DNA of 64,000 nucleotides from a virus, in IMG/VR virus record IMGVR_UViG_3300032080_000002, positions 11,192 to 75,191 of that record, one strand, 5' to 3'. Positions 49,180-58,532 of this stretch are shown piece by piece. The position numbers and the translations under genes are program-made. The notes beneath the pieces are model-generated. The model did not search any database. It was not told the DNA's origin and was given only the letters and a program-made list of their open reading frames with translations. The first letter of the stretch is position 1, and the number at the start of each line of letters is the position of its first letter.

Positions 49180-49564
49180 TTACTTTGTTTTTATAATTTC
49201 CTTCAAGTATTTTTATGAAGTTGGCGGGCTTAATAATCCAATCTAAACTTGCCTTCCATGACTGAGGATTGTAGCCATTCATAAACTGTGATCGGGATGA
49301 TAGCAAAATTACTTCTTTTACCTTATCTATACCAAATTCTTTTACTCTTTTCTTTATGGCAGATTGCCTTGTTGCGCTTAATAATTCAGCTTTTGGCATT
49401 TGCCCTTTATTCTGATTGTAGTAATCGAATATCTCTTGAATTACTAATTTATCGGATTTAGCATCTGATTTTTCTTGGGCAACCAAATCAATAATTTCCT
49501 GCAGTTCTTTTTCTGAAAGTGATAATTGATATTTTTCAAAAAAGTGTTTGAATAGATTATTCAT
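49121..49564 (-). CDS. Phage replication initiator, C-terminal domain only
   Basis: IFDYYN...R..AIKKR...S.FMNG...WKASLDWIIKPANFIKILEGNY; coupled to loader gene. Confidence 0.7.
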   Translation of the reverse strand: MNNLFKHFFEKYQLSLSEKELQEIIDLVAQEKSDAKSDKLVIQEIFDYYNQNKGQMPKAELLSATRQSAIKKRVKEFGIDKVKEVILLSSRSQFMNGYNPQSWKASLDWIIKPANFIKILEGNYKNKVNEFTTGQQQQPIAQPRRNR

Positions 49565-49925
49565 TATCGTCTTTTTTTAAATTATCAGACATTGAATAAT
49601 TAATCTCATTCCTGGCAACAGATTCTTCTACTAATTTTTGAAAGCCTTCTTTACCTACACTTTTATTGAAGTACAAAAGTAAAGTAGAGACTAATCCGAT
49701 TGTAGATTCTTTACTTAGTAGCATCAATTGTTTTGGAGCTCTACCGGATGACTCTGGATTTTCAATAGAAAGTATAAAATTTTCATTTTCTAATTTAACA
49801 ACTGAAATCAGTCTGTTATCAATAAAATCTGCTTTTATAAATTCTACAATATCTAATTTATGTTCATTGGGAGTTCCGTATCCCAAAGTAGCTTGTCCGT
49901 AATCTTTTTTTTCTTCTGTTTTCAT
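49557..49925 (-). CDS. Hypothetical protein
   Basis: 122-aa ORF. Confidence 0.65.
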   Translation of the reverse strand: MKTEEKKDYGQATLGYGTPNEHKLDIVEFIKADFIDNRLISVVKLENENFILSIENPESSGRAPKQLMLLSKESTIGLVSTLLLYFNKSVGKEGFQKLVEESVARNEINYSMSDNLKKDDNE

Positions 49926-49935
49926 AATTTATTAT

Positions 49936-50160
49936 TTAAGGTTTAAATATTAATTGTCCGTTGCTTTCTTTTAAATCCATATTGAGTACCCGCAAGTCAA
50001 ACTGTTTGTCGCCAACTTCCTTATTTGCAAATACTACTTTCTCAACTAAGCCGACTCCTTTGATTCGTACTTTGTTTATTCCTCTGTATTCATGGAGTCT
50101 GCCGTTTATTTCTATCTGATCTTGCAGTTTTAGATCTTTAATTTTCTTGTGTGGGTTCAT
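49936..50160 (-). CDS. Hypothetical protein
   Basis: 74-aa ORF. Confidence 0.6.
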   Translation of the reverse strand: MNPHKKIKDLKLQDQIEINGRLHEYRGINKVRIKGVGLVEKVVFANKEVGDKQFDLRVLNMDLKESNGQLIFKP

Positions 50161-51496
50161 ATTTTAGTAGGTTTTTTAGTATAGCTTTCATTACTGTTAC
50201 TGAAATTGTATTTCCTGCTTGTTTGTAAAGTTGAGTATCTGAATTTACTTTCTGGCAATTATGAAAAAATGAATCTGAATATCCTTGTAAACGAAAACAT
50301 TCTAAAGGTGTTAATTTTCTAATAGAAAAATCATTATAAATAAATGGTTGTCTATTTCCTCCTTGCATAGTATTCAGTGTTGGAGAAATTCCTTCTGCAT
50401 CATAAATTCTATCATTTGAGTGTGTTGGATTGTTTATTTGGATTATAATATCACTTTTTTCTCTCATTAATGCGGGCGAAATACCGTTTGAGTCATAAAT
50501 TCTATTCTGTTGGTACGGTTGTTTCCCTCCTGATTCTTTAGAATTGTTCAGTTGGATTACTGCATTATTTGGATTTGTTTTTAATGTAAAAGCTAAGTTC
50601 TTATTAACTCTACCCCTTCTTGTTTGGCTTTCAGGGTATTCAATATTTATTATATTATTGTCAAAAGTTTCCTCATATCTTTTTTTAGTGGCAGATTTAA
50701 TTTTTAAATATCCATTAGCATATCCATGTGTTCCTGCTGATAACGTATGGAAAATTGATTCATCACTAAATACTTGACTTGCTTGTGTGTTTTGATTGAT
50801 ATAACCAATATTATTTTCATTGCTTTTAAAAACAATACCTTTGACCATATTTTCAGATAAATAATATTTTATATGAACATTTTGTTCTAATATGTTTTTT
50901 AAACGTATTTTTAAAGGTTTTTTAGCAGGAAAAACAAAATCATTAGGCAAGTCATTTCTAATACCTACTAAAAAAACTCTTTCTCTATTTTGCGGAAGCT
51001 CATAATCCTTAGTGTTTAAAACTTCCCAATGTAGATTGTAAAGTAAAGAATCTTCATGAGGGAAAAAATATGGAGTTCCATTTTCGCTACAGCCTAATAA
51101 ATCTTTCCAATTTCTAAAGGTTTTACCATCGTTATCTGAAATAAGACCTTTTACATTTTCAATAATGAAATATTTTGGTTGTTGTTCTTTTACATATCGA
51201 TAAAAATCATAAAATAATAAACCTCTTGGATCTAGTTCACCAAGTCTTTTACCTGCTAAACTGAATGATTGACAAGGAATTCCACCAACATAGAGGTCTG
51301 ATTTAAATTCATTTCCTATCCAAGATTCTTTTGTCATATCTTCTAACATTAATTCTGGATTGAAATTCTCTAAATACGATTTTCTAGCGTATTTATCTTT
51401 CTCACATGCAAATTTAATCTTATGCGGAATTCCTAACTCTTTTAAAGCTTGCTCTGGCGATCCTATTCCTGTACATACAGTTCCTATTTCAATCAT
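50138..51496 (-). CDS. Orphan C5-cytosine DNA methyltransferase with long variable region
   Basis: CTGIG (motif I variant), GGIPCQSFS (IV), IENVKG (VI), PQNRERVF (VIII), QAGN (X). Confidence 0.9.
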   Translation of the reverse strand: MIEIGTVCTGIGSPEQALKELGIPHKIKFACEKDKYARKSYLENFNPELMLEDMTKESWIGNEFKSDLYVGGIPCQSFSLAGKRLGELDPRGLLFYDFYRYVKEQQPKYFIIENVKGLISDNDGKTFRNWKDLLGCSENGTPYFFPHEDSLLYNLHWEVLNTKDYELPQNRERVFLVGIRNDLPNDFVFPAKKPLKIRLKNILEQNVHIKYYLSENMVKGIVFKSNENNIGYINQNTQASQVFSDESIFHTLSAGTHGYANGYLKIKSATKKRYEETFDNNIINIEYPESQTRRGRVNKNLAFTLKTNPNNAVIQLNNSKESGGKQPYQQNRIYDSNGISPALMREKSDIIIQINNPTHSNDRIYDAEGISPTLNTMQGGNRQPFIYNDFSIRKLTPLECFRLQGYSDSFFHNCQKVNSDTQLYKQAGNTISVTVMKAILKNLLKYEPTQEN

Positions 51497-51894
51497 TTTA
51501 AAATATTTTTCTCTACAAGTAATTCACGCATTTTATCCCAATCAACGAATGGCCTTGATGATATGTTCAGATCGGTTTTAAGCGGTGTTCCGATTGCTGC
51601 ATCGTCGATAATCACTTGACCATACGCCTTCGGAGAATTCGTCCAAGTATGTTGCGTAGGATTTTTCTGGATGCCGTAAAGTGAAATGTTATTTTCTTCG
51701 AACCAGTTTACCGCCTCTGTTAAATAATTACCTCTGAATGAATCTGAACGCATTGTAAATAATATCAGTCTATGTCCTGAATCTGTTAATTCCTTTAATA
51801 CTTCTACTGCGCCAATATCATTTCCAATATTCGGAAATTCGTGGCTCATAACAGTTCCGTCGCAGTCGACAATTATATCTAGTGGTTTAATCAT
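51493..51894 (-). CDS. HAD-superfamily phosphatase-like protein
   Basis: IVDCDGT motif I, LILFTMR motif II, IIDD motif IV. Confidence 0.8.
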   Translation of the reverse strand: MIKPLDIIVDCDGTVMSHEFPNIGNDIGAVEVLKELTDSGHRLILFTMRSDSFRGNYLTEAVNWFEENNISLYGIQKNPTQHTWTNSPKAYGQVIIDDAAIGTPLKTDLNISSRPFVDWDKMRELLVEKNILK

Positions 51895-51896
51895 AA

Positions 51897-52211
51897 TTAG
51901 AAAATGGGATTTTGATGCGTTATTTTTACTTCTGGTTTATTTTTTAATTTTTTCTCCGGAATCAAATGCTTTGGCAGGAAATCTTGGAACTCGAAAATCA
52001 TATTGCGTTTGGCTAATCCGGATTGTATTCTAAAGCTTTGTAATTGAAATGTATCATACAAAATATTCCAAGCGACGCCAATCGTAATTCCTTTATTTAT
52101 CCTCGAAACTTTCGTCCAATCTTTAATTCCCACTTTTGCATTCTCAAACATTTCAGTTATTTCTGCTTCGGTTATTTTGTCGGCTAATTCTCGGGCTTGG
52201 TATTTGTTCAT
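51897..52211 (-). CDS. Hypothetical protein
   Basis: 104-aa ORF. Confidence 0.7.
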   Translation of the reverse strand: MNKYQARELADKITEAEITEMFENAKVGIKDWTKVSRINKGITIGVAWNILYDTFQLQSFRIQSGLAKRNMIFEFQDFLPKHLIPEKKLKNKPEVKITHQNPIF

Positions 52212-52214
52212 GTC

Positions 52215-52469
52215 CTATTGTTTAAATTCCGGAAGTGTTCCTAAATACCAAAACTTATTATCATCTTCTATAAATGTGAGATAGTAATATGTTCCTGCAA
52301 TTTCATATGATGATTCTCCTACTTGTAATATTCCTGCATCTAAATACCTAGGCTGAACTACATCCATAAAATAATTATACATTTCTTCATCAATCTCACA
52401 AGGAAATTTACCTAAATACTGATCTAATTCTTGGGATAAATTCATTTCCCAATCGATAAATTTTTTCAT
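52215..52469 (-). CDS. Hypothetical protein
   Basis: 84-aa ORF. Confidence 0.7.
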   Translation of the reverse strand: MKKFIDWEMNLSQELDQYLGKFPCEIDEEMYNYFMDVVQPRYLDAGILQVGESSYEIAGTYYYLTFIEDDNKFWYLGTLPEFKQ

Positions 52470-52471
52470 AA

Positions 52472-54469
52472 TTAATCAGGCTTATAAAATGATTGAAATC
52501 TTTGAATTCCCAAGTAGTCGGCTGAACTAAACAAACAATCGCCACTTCCTGCTAATAACTCTGCTCCGTCTTCACCCAACATTACTTTACTGTCTACGGC
52601 TTTCGGAACTCTCAAGCATGTAATAACACTTAGATTTACTTTCATGTCACCCTCTATCACTTTGACAGATGCTCTTTGTGTCGCTGCTAAAACTCTGAAT
52701 CCAGAAGAACGCCCTTTTTGTAGTATTCTTTTTAGATTGTTTGAAAGCTCACTTTTTTTACCTGCTGATGCTACTGCATCTGCGAATTCGTCAAATACAA
52801 TGAGGACTTTTGAATTGTTTTTTGACTTAACTTTCTGTTCCATTTTTTCAACTAACATTTCCATCATTACCTCAATATCTTCAATGTCATTTAAAACTTC
52901 AACACCATGATCTCTCATTCCTTCAAATTCCAGTTTTGGATCAAAGCAATAAATTTCTTTTACTCCCGCTTCGATAGCATAATGCATAATACTATTGATA
53001 TAAACCGATTTTCCTGCCCCTGATGCGCCTCCAACTAAATGATGTACTGCAGAATTTGATTCCAAATCCCAATAAAGCGTAGTTCCCATATTATCTTTTC
53101 CTAGAGGAATTTTAAATCCATTTAGTTCGGCTTTATCCCATAGTAAATCTTTGGTTCTTTTCTTAGAGGTTTCGATCTGTAAGTATGATTTTCCTTCGTA
53201 AACTGTAAGGTTGTTTGGGATTCTTACATTGGCTACATTCAACTGATTGGCAATATCTAACTTAAATTTTTGTACAGCACCAACCTTTACTCCTGCGCCA
53301 ATTTCTAAAAGATAAGTGTCTGAACTGAAGCCATCAAAAATTTTAGCTACGGAAACTTGCATTCCAAAAGATCTTAGTACATGCTCTATTTTCTGTTCTG
53401 GGGTTTTATCTGACATGTCGTATTGTATAAATTTACTTGCGTTTTTAATGAATGTTTTAATTACTGTCGGGTTTATTGCTGTAGCCGATGCATCTTTAAT
53501 TTTCTTGGTTCTCTTTTCAATTAAGTCAAGCTTAGTGTCTTCGATATTAAATTCGGCATCAATCTCTCCAAGCCTCGTCTTGGCATCAAAAGCATAAATC
53601 TCAGCTATGTCTACGAAATTATCAGCATCATTGATCAGGTAATCGTAATCGGGGTCACTCACTGCCTTTAATAGAGCTTTCAATGGAGTGTATAAATATG
53701 CTTCGTATAATTTTAAAACATCTTTGGTAATCTCAATCTTTGAAATTTGTATCTGCGGAGACTTATCTTTGTTTGTTGAATGTTTATTTTCAGCAAACCA
53801 AAATTCATCTAGCAGGACTCCTTTCATTGATTCGTAGGCTTTAACATATATGCAACTCTGTTTTCCGGAAGTCAACACCAATTCTTTTTCGTCGGTGTAT
53901 GTCGCTTTTGATTTATGGTCAATCCCGACAATCTTTCCTGTTTTAGTTTTTACGATTAAGTCAATCTTTCCATTAAATTTTATAGGCACGTCAACGCCGT
54001 TTATTGTCAGGAATTCGCTAAAGAAAAGTTCAACTTCAATAATCTCGTCAATTTCATCCAGGTAAACACCGATTTCTCTAAAGAAGTTTCCGATCAGTTT
54101 TATACTTACATCATTTGCTTTTAATTTGCATTCCTCAATAGTTGGCGTAGTCTTTTGGATTTTCCATTCACTTGCCGGCTGTTCGTCGATATAATTGAAA
54201 GCTAAAGTTTCCAAATCAACTATGGATAATTCTGTTCCTTCTTTTTTATTCTTGAAGTACATTTCCAAAGCGTAGTGATAAGCTTGTCCTGCTACGGTTG
54301 TAGAAGAGTTTTTCTGTCTATAACCGTACACGTATAGCATTTCAAAGGCTTTTTGATTTCTTGAATATTGTGAAATCTTCGAATAACTCAGTGCTGAGAT
54401 TAAAAAAAGCGAATCAATTAACTGTAACTCTTCGGGAGTTTTTAATTTGTATTCGTGTATATGGCTCAT
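52472..54469 (-). CDS. PD-(D/E)XK (RecB-type) nuclease fused to FtsK/SpoIIIE alpha + ATPase motor
   Basis: LSYSKI, GQAYHYALE, GKIDL, IDHKS, QSCIY; FtsK alpha-like segment; GGASGAGKS, LIVFDEFAD, QKGRSSGFRVLAATQR. Confidence 0.85.
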   Translation of the reverse strand: MSHIHEYKLKTPEELQLIDSLFLISALSYSKISQYSRNQKAFEMLYVYGYRQKNSSTTVAGQAYHYALEMYFKNKKEGTELSIVDLETLAFNYIDEQPASEWKIQKTTPTIEECKLKANDVSIKLIGNFFREIGVYLDEIDEIIEVELFFSEFLTINGVDVPIKFNGKIDLIVKTKTGKIVGIDHKSKATYTDEKELVLTSGKQSCIYVKAYESMKGVLLDEFWFAENKHSTNKDKSPQIQISKIEITKDVLKLYEAYLYTPLKALLKAVSDPDYDYLINDADNFVDIAEIYAFDAKTRLGEIDAEFNIEDTKLDLIEKRTKKIKDASATAINPTVIKTFIKNASKFIQYDMSDKTPEQKIEHVLRSFGMQVSVAKIFDGFSSDTYLLEIGAGVKVGAVQKFKLDIANQLNVANVRIPNNLTVYEGKSYLQIETSKKRTKDLLWDKAELNGFKIPLGKDNMGTTLYWDLESNSAVHHLVGGASGAGKSVYINSIMHYAIEAGVKEIYCFDPKLEFEGMRDHGVEVLNDIEDIEVMMEMLVEKMEQKVKSKNNSKVLIVFDEFADAVASAGKKSELSNNLKRILQKGRSSGFRVLAATQRASVKVIEGDMKVNLSVITCLRVPKAVDSKVMLGEDGAELLAGSGDCLFSSADYLGIQRFQSFYKPD

Positions 54470-54637
54470 TTATCTTCTGATTTATAAGAAATAAATAAAA
54501 ATATAACACTGATACAAAAGAAAAATATGCTTAAAAATCTAAATCCTTTATCTGGGCTGTAAAGATATGCTTCTAAAACCATAAATCCTGAAAATAATGA
54601 ACACATTAAAAATAATGTTGGATAAAAGTATTTCATA

Positions 54638-55483
54638 TTACGGCATTTTATCTGTTGGATTTACTTTTTCTACTTCTGGGTTAATGGCATCTTTATTCGC
54701 TTTCATTTCTGCTTTCTTATTTTCGGTTGCAGTCTCATTTGGGCTAAACATTTCTTCAACTGTACTTTCGTTATTTTTTAGTGCAGTAGCCATTGTTCTC
54801 AAAGTAAACAATTTCTCCAAGTCAATATCTTCCACTCTTTTAATCTCTAAAATGTCACATATTTGCTTGTCTTTAACGCCTTTTCCTTTGAAGAATTCAA
54901 GTGCTTCTTGTCTTTTTACCGGAAGAGATTTTTCATCACCTTTGATAAGTTTTTTGGCTGCATCATAAATTGGGCTTACTAATGCCGCAGGAACAACTTT
55001 AAGTACTGCATTTCTGTAGGCAATTGCACATGCTGCATTTCCTGCTACTACTTGCATGTCTTCATTGAAAGTTCTTCCGTTTCTGTCTGTAATTTTTCTC
55101 TTTACTTCAACGGTAATCGAGTTATTGGTTTCCAGGTCATGGCAAATCCCCTGAGCGGTAATTGTTTTTCCATCATTTGCAATGACTCTCGCTCCTGATC
55201 TGATGTTTCCATAGCTTGCAGTTACAATTTCCGCTAATCTTACTGATGCGCCTTCCAGATTCTTGCCGCCTCTTGGCAATGAATATATGCATGATTCAGC
55301 AATTCCTTCGCTTAATGTAACCATTGAGGTTGCTTTGTCAATAAAGTTCTTTAAACTCCTTGGGAACGCCTTCGCTGTAGAAATCTGCATATCAATTTCC
55401 GCTTTGGTAATAAGTGATAAAGCATCCTGTCCTACAACTTGTACTTCTGTAACTTGAGTTTCTGTATTTTGAATTTCGTTCAT
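54638..55483 (-). CDS. Putative single-strand annealing/recombination protein
   Basis: AEIDMQISTAKAFPRS...RGGKNLEGASVRLAE...YGN; immediately upstream of the nuclease gene; exact family uncertain. Confidence 0.45.
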   Translation of the reverse strand: MNEIQNTETQVTEVQVVGQDALSLITKAEIDMQISTAKAFPRSLKNFIDKATSMVTLSEGIAESCIYSLPRGGKNLEGASVRLAEIVTASYGNIRSGARVIANDGKTITAQGICHDLETNNSITVEVKRKITDRNGRTFNEDMQVVAGNAACAIAYRNAVLKVVPAALVSPIYDAAKKLIKGDEKSLPVKRQEALEFFKGKGVKDKQICDILEIKRVEDIDLEKLFTLRTMATALKNNESTVEEMFSPNETATENKKAEMKANKDAINPEVEKVNPTDKMP

Positions 55484-55485
55484 TT

Positions 55486-55701
55486 CTATTTTTTTGTATT
55501 TAACTTTTTTATTATTGCGCTGTCAATCGATTCAAATTTCTGCCGATTGTTTATTACAACTGCTTTTTTCGCTGAATCAAGATACGGATTTATATCTTTA
55601 TGTTCACGAATTTGGCTGAGTAATTTACCTATTTTATCCGCTAATTCTTTGTCTGATTTAGCATTTACTGAAATTGATATGGTGGTCAAATAATACGCCA
55701 T
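55486..55701 (-). CDS. Hypothetical protein
   Basis: 71-aa ORF. Confidence 0.6.
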   Translation of the reverse strand: MAYYLTTISISVNAKSDKELADKIGKLLSQIREHKDINPYLDSAKKAVVINNRQKFESIDSAIIKKLNTKK

Positions 55702-55703
55702 TT

Positions 55704-55859
55704 CTAATCAATTACTACGAGTCCCCAGATAAATCCATTAGGAAATGCTTCTGTAAATTTTGCATAAAGTTCTGATATGTCGTCGGCTTTTATGTGGCAC
55801 GATTTATTAAACGTATCAGGATTTGTTTTGTGATTCCAGGTTATATTGTATAGATGCAT
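55704..55859 (-). CDS. Hypothetical 51-aa protein (not in ORF track)
   Basis: Own translation MHLYNITWNHKTNPDTF...GFIWGLVVID; fills gap in operon. Confidence 0.55.
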   Translation of the reverse strand: MHLYNITWNHKTNPDTFNKSCHIKADDISELYAKFTEAFPNGFIWGLVVID

Positions 55860-55870
55860 GATATTTTTTA

Positions 55871-56485
55871 TTAACGACGGCCGCTTGGTGAAGAGCTTCT
55901 GTAAGTGTTGCTGCTAGAGCTTGGCGATGAACTACGATAGCTTGATGATGACGATGATGAACTTTTATAAGAAGATCCTGAAGAGCTACTATTGTATGAT
56001 GATCTACTAGGCGATGATGATTTATAGCTGCTAGTGCTTGTAGAGTTATATCGACTTGGTGAAGATGTAGAATAAGAATTGCTCTTACTTCTAATAGTCG
56101 GCGATGATTTTTTATAAGACTCGGTATTTCTTACCGGTGTCGATGTTTTATAATTTGAAGGTGAAGAATAAAATTGTTTAGGATTTTGTGGTTGAGTATA
56201 TCTTTTTGTATAATTACCATAATTCCTGTCTAAACTTGACCTATGTTCACTATAATAATTGTTTACTGCTCCATATCCTCCACGGTTAAATAAATTATTG
56301 AATATAGTGTAATACATATAGTATTCGAGTAAATTCCCATTATTATCATAGGATTGAACTTTTACAATACTGTCATTACCTGATTCGTTCCAGGCTAATT
56401 CATGGCTTGTTTCGTTGTTTTTCTTACAAGATGCTGCAGTTAAAAAAATAAACGAAGCTAATAATAATTTTAGAATGTTTTTCAT
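55871..56485 (-). CDS. Lipoprotein with Ser/Tyr-rich disordered tail
   Basis: Signal peptide ending TAASC (lipobox); poly-Ser C-terminus. Confidence 0.7.
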   Translation of the reverse strand: MKNILKLLLASFIFLTAASCKKNNETSHELAWNESGNDSIVKVQSYDNNGNLLEYYMYYTIFNNLFNRGGYGAVNNYYSEHRSSLDRNYGNYTKRYTQPQNPKQFYSSPSNYKTSTPVRNTESYKKSSPTIRSKSNSYSTSSPSRYNSTSTSSYKSSSPSRSSYNSSSSGSSYKSSSSSSSSYRSSSPSSSSNTYRSSSPSGRR

Positions 56486-56496
56486 GATTTTTAATT

Positions 56497-56700
56497 TTAA
56501 ATAATTTGTACTTTTTGTTGTAATAATGTTGCTAATGTGATTCCTACCATGTCTTTCATGTTGGCTAAATCTCCTTCTTCTGTTCCTAGAAGTTCTCTTG
56601 TAATGGTTTGTTGTTTTTTACCATTCAATTCTTTCACTTGCTCTTGAAGCCATTGAATCCACTGATCCTTGGTTTCGTCTGTAATTGGTTCGTAATACAT
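56497..56700 (-). CDS. Hypothetical protein
   Basis: 67-aa ORF. Confidence 0.6.
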   Translation of the reverse strand: MYYEPITDETKDQWIQWLQEQVKELNGKKQQTITRELLGTEEGDLANMKDMVGITLATLLQQKVQII

Positions 56701-56703
56701 AAT

Positions 56704-56856
56704 TTACTTCTTATTTTTAGTAATTTCAGTTGCTTTGTCTTCTAGTACCTGCTCAATAAAAGCTTTCCGGCTTTTACCTTGATTAACACCTTCTATTGCT
56801 AATGTTTTCAGCGTCGCAGGTGGCATATCGATTATTAATCTTTTTTTCTCTTTCAT
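56704..56856 (-). CDS. Ribbon-helix-helix-like regulator (not in ORF track)
   Basis: Own translation MKEKKRLIIDMPPATLKTLAIEGVNQGKSRKAFIEQVLE..., 50 aa. Confidence 0.65.
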   Translation of the reverse strand: MKEKKRLIIDMPPATLKTLAIEGVNQGKSRKAFIEQVLEDKATEITKNKK

Positions 56857-56903
56857 GATGCTAAAGTATATATAATATATTTAACACGCAAGTTTTTGGG
56901 GGA

Positions 56904-57350
56904 TTATTTTAGTAATTGTTTTGCATATTCTGAGAATTCTAATTCAACTCCCACAAGTTCGCACATTCTATAAAAATCATAAATTGTACTTTGTGGAGGA
57001 ATTGACGATCCTTTTTCATTGTTGTATATGCCAATGTGATCTTCGTCTACTTCTATTTCGTGACGTTTTTCTCCATTCATAACTATAATTTCATAAACCC
57101 AATCACTACAATTACACCATCCTTCACAGTCGCATGAATCATAATGAACAGAAACGTTTGTAAATAAAACTTTAGAATCTTTTTGAATCGCTTCTAATGT
57201 CAATCTTTCTACTTCTTCTTTAGCCATGTATTTTGCATCAAACTCAGGATCAGGATACCAACCTGTATTTGTTAAATTTGATCCTTCAATATCCAATGGA
57301 ATTTGATTTAATACTTCAAATAGTTTTTGTGCTGTGTATTTATTTTTCAT
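56904..57350 (-). CDS. Hypothetical protein with CxCxxxC motif
   Basis: 148-aa ORF. Confidence 0.7.
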   Translation of the reverse strand: MKNKYTAQKLFEVLNQIPLDIEGSNLTNTGWYPDPEFDAKYMAKEEVERLTLEAIQKDSKVLFTNVSVHYDSCDCEGWCNCSDWVYEIIVMNGEKRHEIEVDEDHIGIYNNEKGSSIPPQSTIYDFYRMCELVGVELEFSEYAKQLLK

Positions 57351-57353
57351 ATT

Positions 57354-57617
57354 TTAAAATGGTAAATTTTCTTGTTGTTCCAAATCTTCAACTACAGATT
57401 CAATACTCCTTATATGGTCTGCTAAATGTAGTATAAAATCAACAGATAGATTTATTTCAGTTTTGGATGATCCGAAACCGTTATAGTATCTCATGCTTAC
57501 TATTTCTTGCTTATGTGGAGTGATTACACCATCTGTTTCTTGTTGTTTTACAGGTGTCATTTTTGTGTCAATAATCACCTCGTATTTCTCGTTAAAATAT
57601 TTTTTTGAATAACTCAT
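57354..57617 (-). CDS. Hypothetical protein
   Basis: 87-aa ORF ending NLPF. Confidence 0.65.
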   Translation of the reverse strand: MSYSKKYFNEKYEVIIDTKMTPVKQQETDGVITPHKQEIVSMRYYNGFGSSKTEINLSVDFILHLADHIRSIESVVEDLEQQENLPF

Positions 57618-57629
57618 TTTGTTTATTTT

Positions 57630-57815
57630 TTAGTGTTTTAAATTATTAATCATTTCTTCAACCGTTACCCAATCTTCAGTTACATAAAAGTTTGTTCCGG
57701 ACAACATTTCTATCCAAGTACCAAATCCTGATCCTCGGTATCTTCGAATGTCTGGTGCAAATATTTCTATTTCGCCACCATCTAACTCATGCAACTTGAT
57801 CTTCATTTTTTTCAA
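57630..57815 (-). CDS. Small FlbD/SwrD-like protein (copy 2)
   Basis: KLHELDGGEIEIFAPDI...TWIEMLSGTNFYVTEDWVTVEEMI. Confidence 0.55.
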   Translation of the reverse strand: MKKMKIKLHELDGGEIEIFAPDIRRYRGSGFGTWIEMLSGTNFYVTEDWVTVEEMINNLKH

Positions 57816-58194
57816 TTTTATATTTCTTTTGTGCGAATTTCAAAATATGTTCTAAATTGTAAAAATATTTTCCGTTCTCTTTTTTAAATTCCACTAATCC
57901 TTCCTTTCTTTTTGCTTGGATAGAAAATTGTGATAGTCCATAAAATTCAACTGCATCTTTTGCGCTTATTAATCCGTCTTCTCTGAGTTGCATTTGTTTT
58001 GGCTCAGCATTCATTATCCTGTCTCTTTCCCTTGAAAAATCACATTCATTGGGATTTGCTTTACGAACTGATCTTGGTATTGATTTGGCTATTTCTAGCA
58101 TTTCCTTAGCTTTCTCTAGGTGTGAGTTTTTGTATGCTATTGAGTTTGGTACGAAACTTTCGGCAAGGGCGTTTTTATCGGTCGCTTTTCTCAT
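57787..58194 (-). CDS. Protein with C-terminal excisionase/MerR-like HTH
   Basis: LISAKDAVEFYGLSQFSIQAKRKEGLV...KYFY. Confidence 0.6.
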   Translation of the reverse strand: MRKATDKNALAESFVPNSIAYKNSHLEKAKEMLEIAKSIPRSVRKANPNECDFSRERDRIMNAEPKQMQLREDGLISAKDAVEFYGLSQFSIQAKRKEGLVEFKKENGKYFYNLEHILKFAQKKYKIEKNEDQVA

Positions 58195-58532
58195 TATAGT
58201 ATTTTATAGTTGGATTATAAAAAAGCAGATTATTGAAATGGTAAAAACAATAATACCATTTATTGATGTTTTTTCGTTTGTTTTTTCATGGCTAACTTCT
58301 ATACTTATAACATTTGTTAAAAGTAGAATTAATATAATTCCTAGAATAGTTAGGCTAATGGCTTTTAATATCATTTTATATAAATTTTATTTCGTTTTCT
58401 CGGCGGTAATATGTTCCGAATTCAGTTTGGATTTGATAAAGTTTTGGCATATTGTTTTTAGCCATAATTTTAGTTATTATTCCTTCTGATTCTTTCATTT
58501 TGAATCGTGTTTCAAAAACTTGGAGTTGTACT

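Noticed and set aside
55880-56110. Repeated GATGA/CTA units as a CRISPR or tandem DNA array
   Set aside because: They are Ser codons of the lipoprotein tail; no constant repeat-spacer periodicity anywhere in the window.
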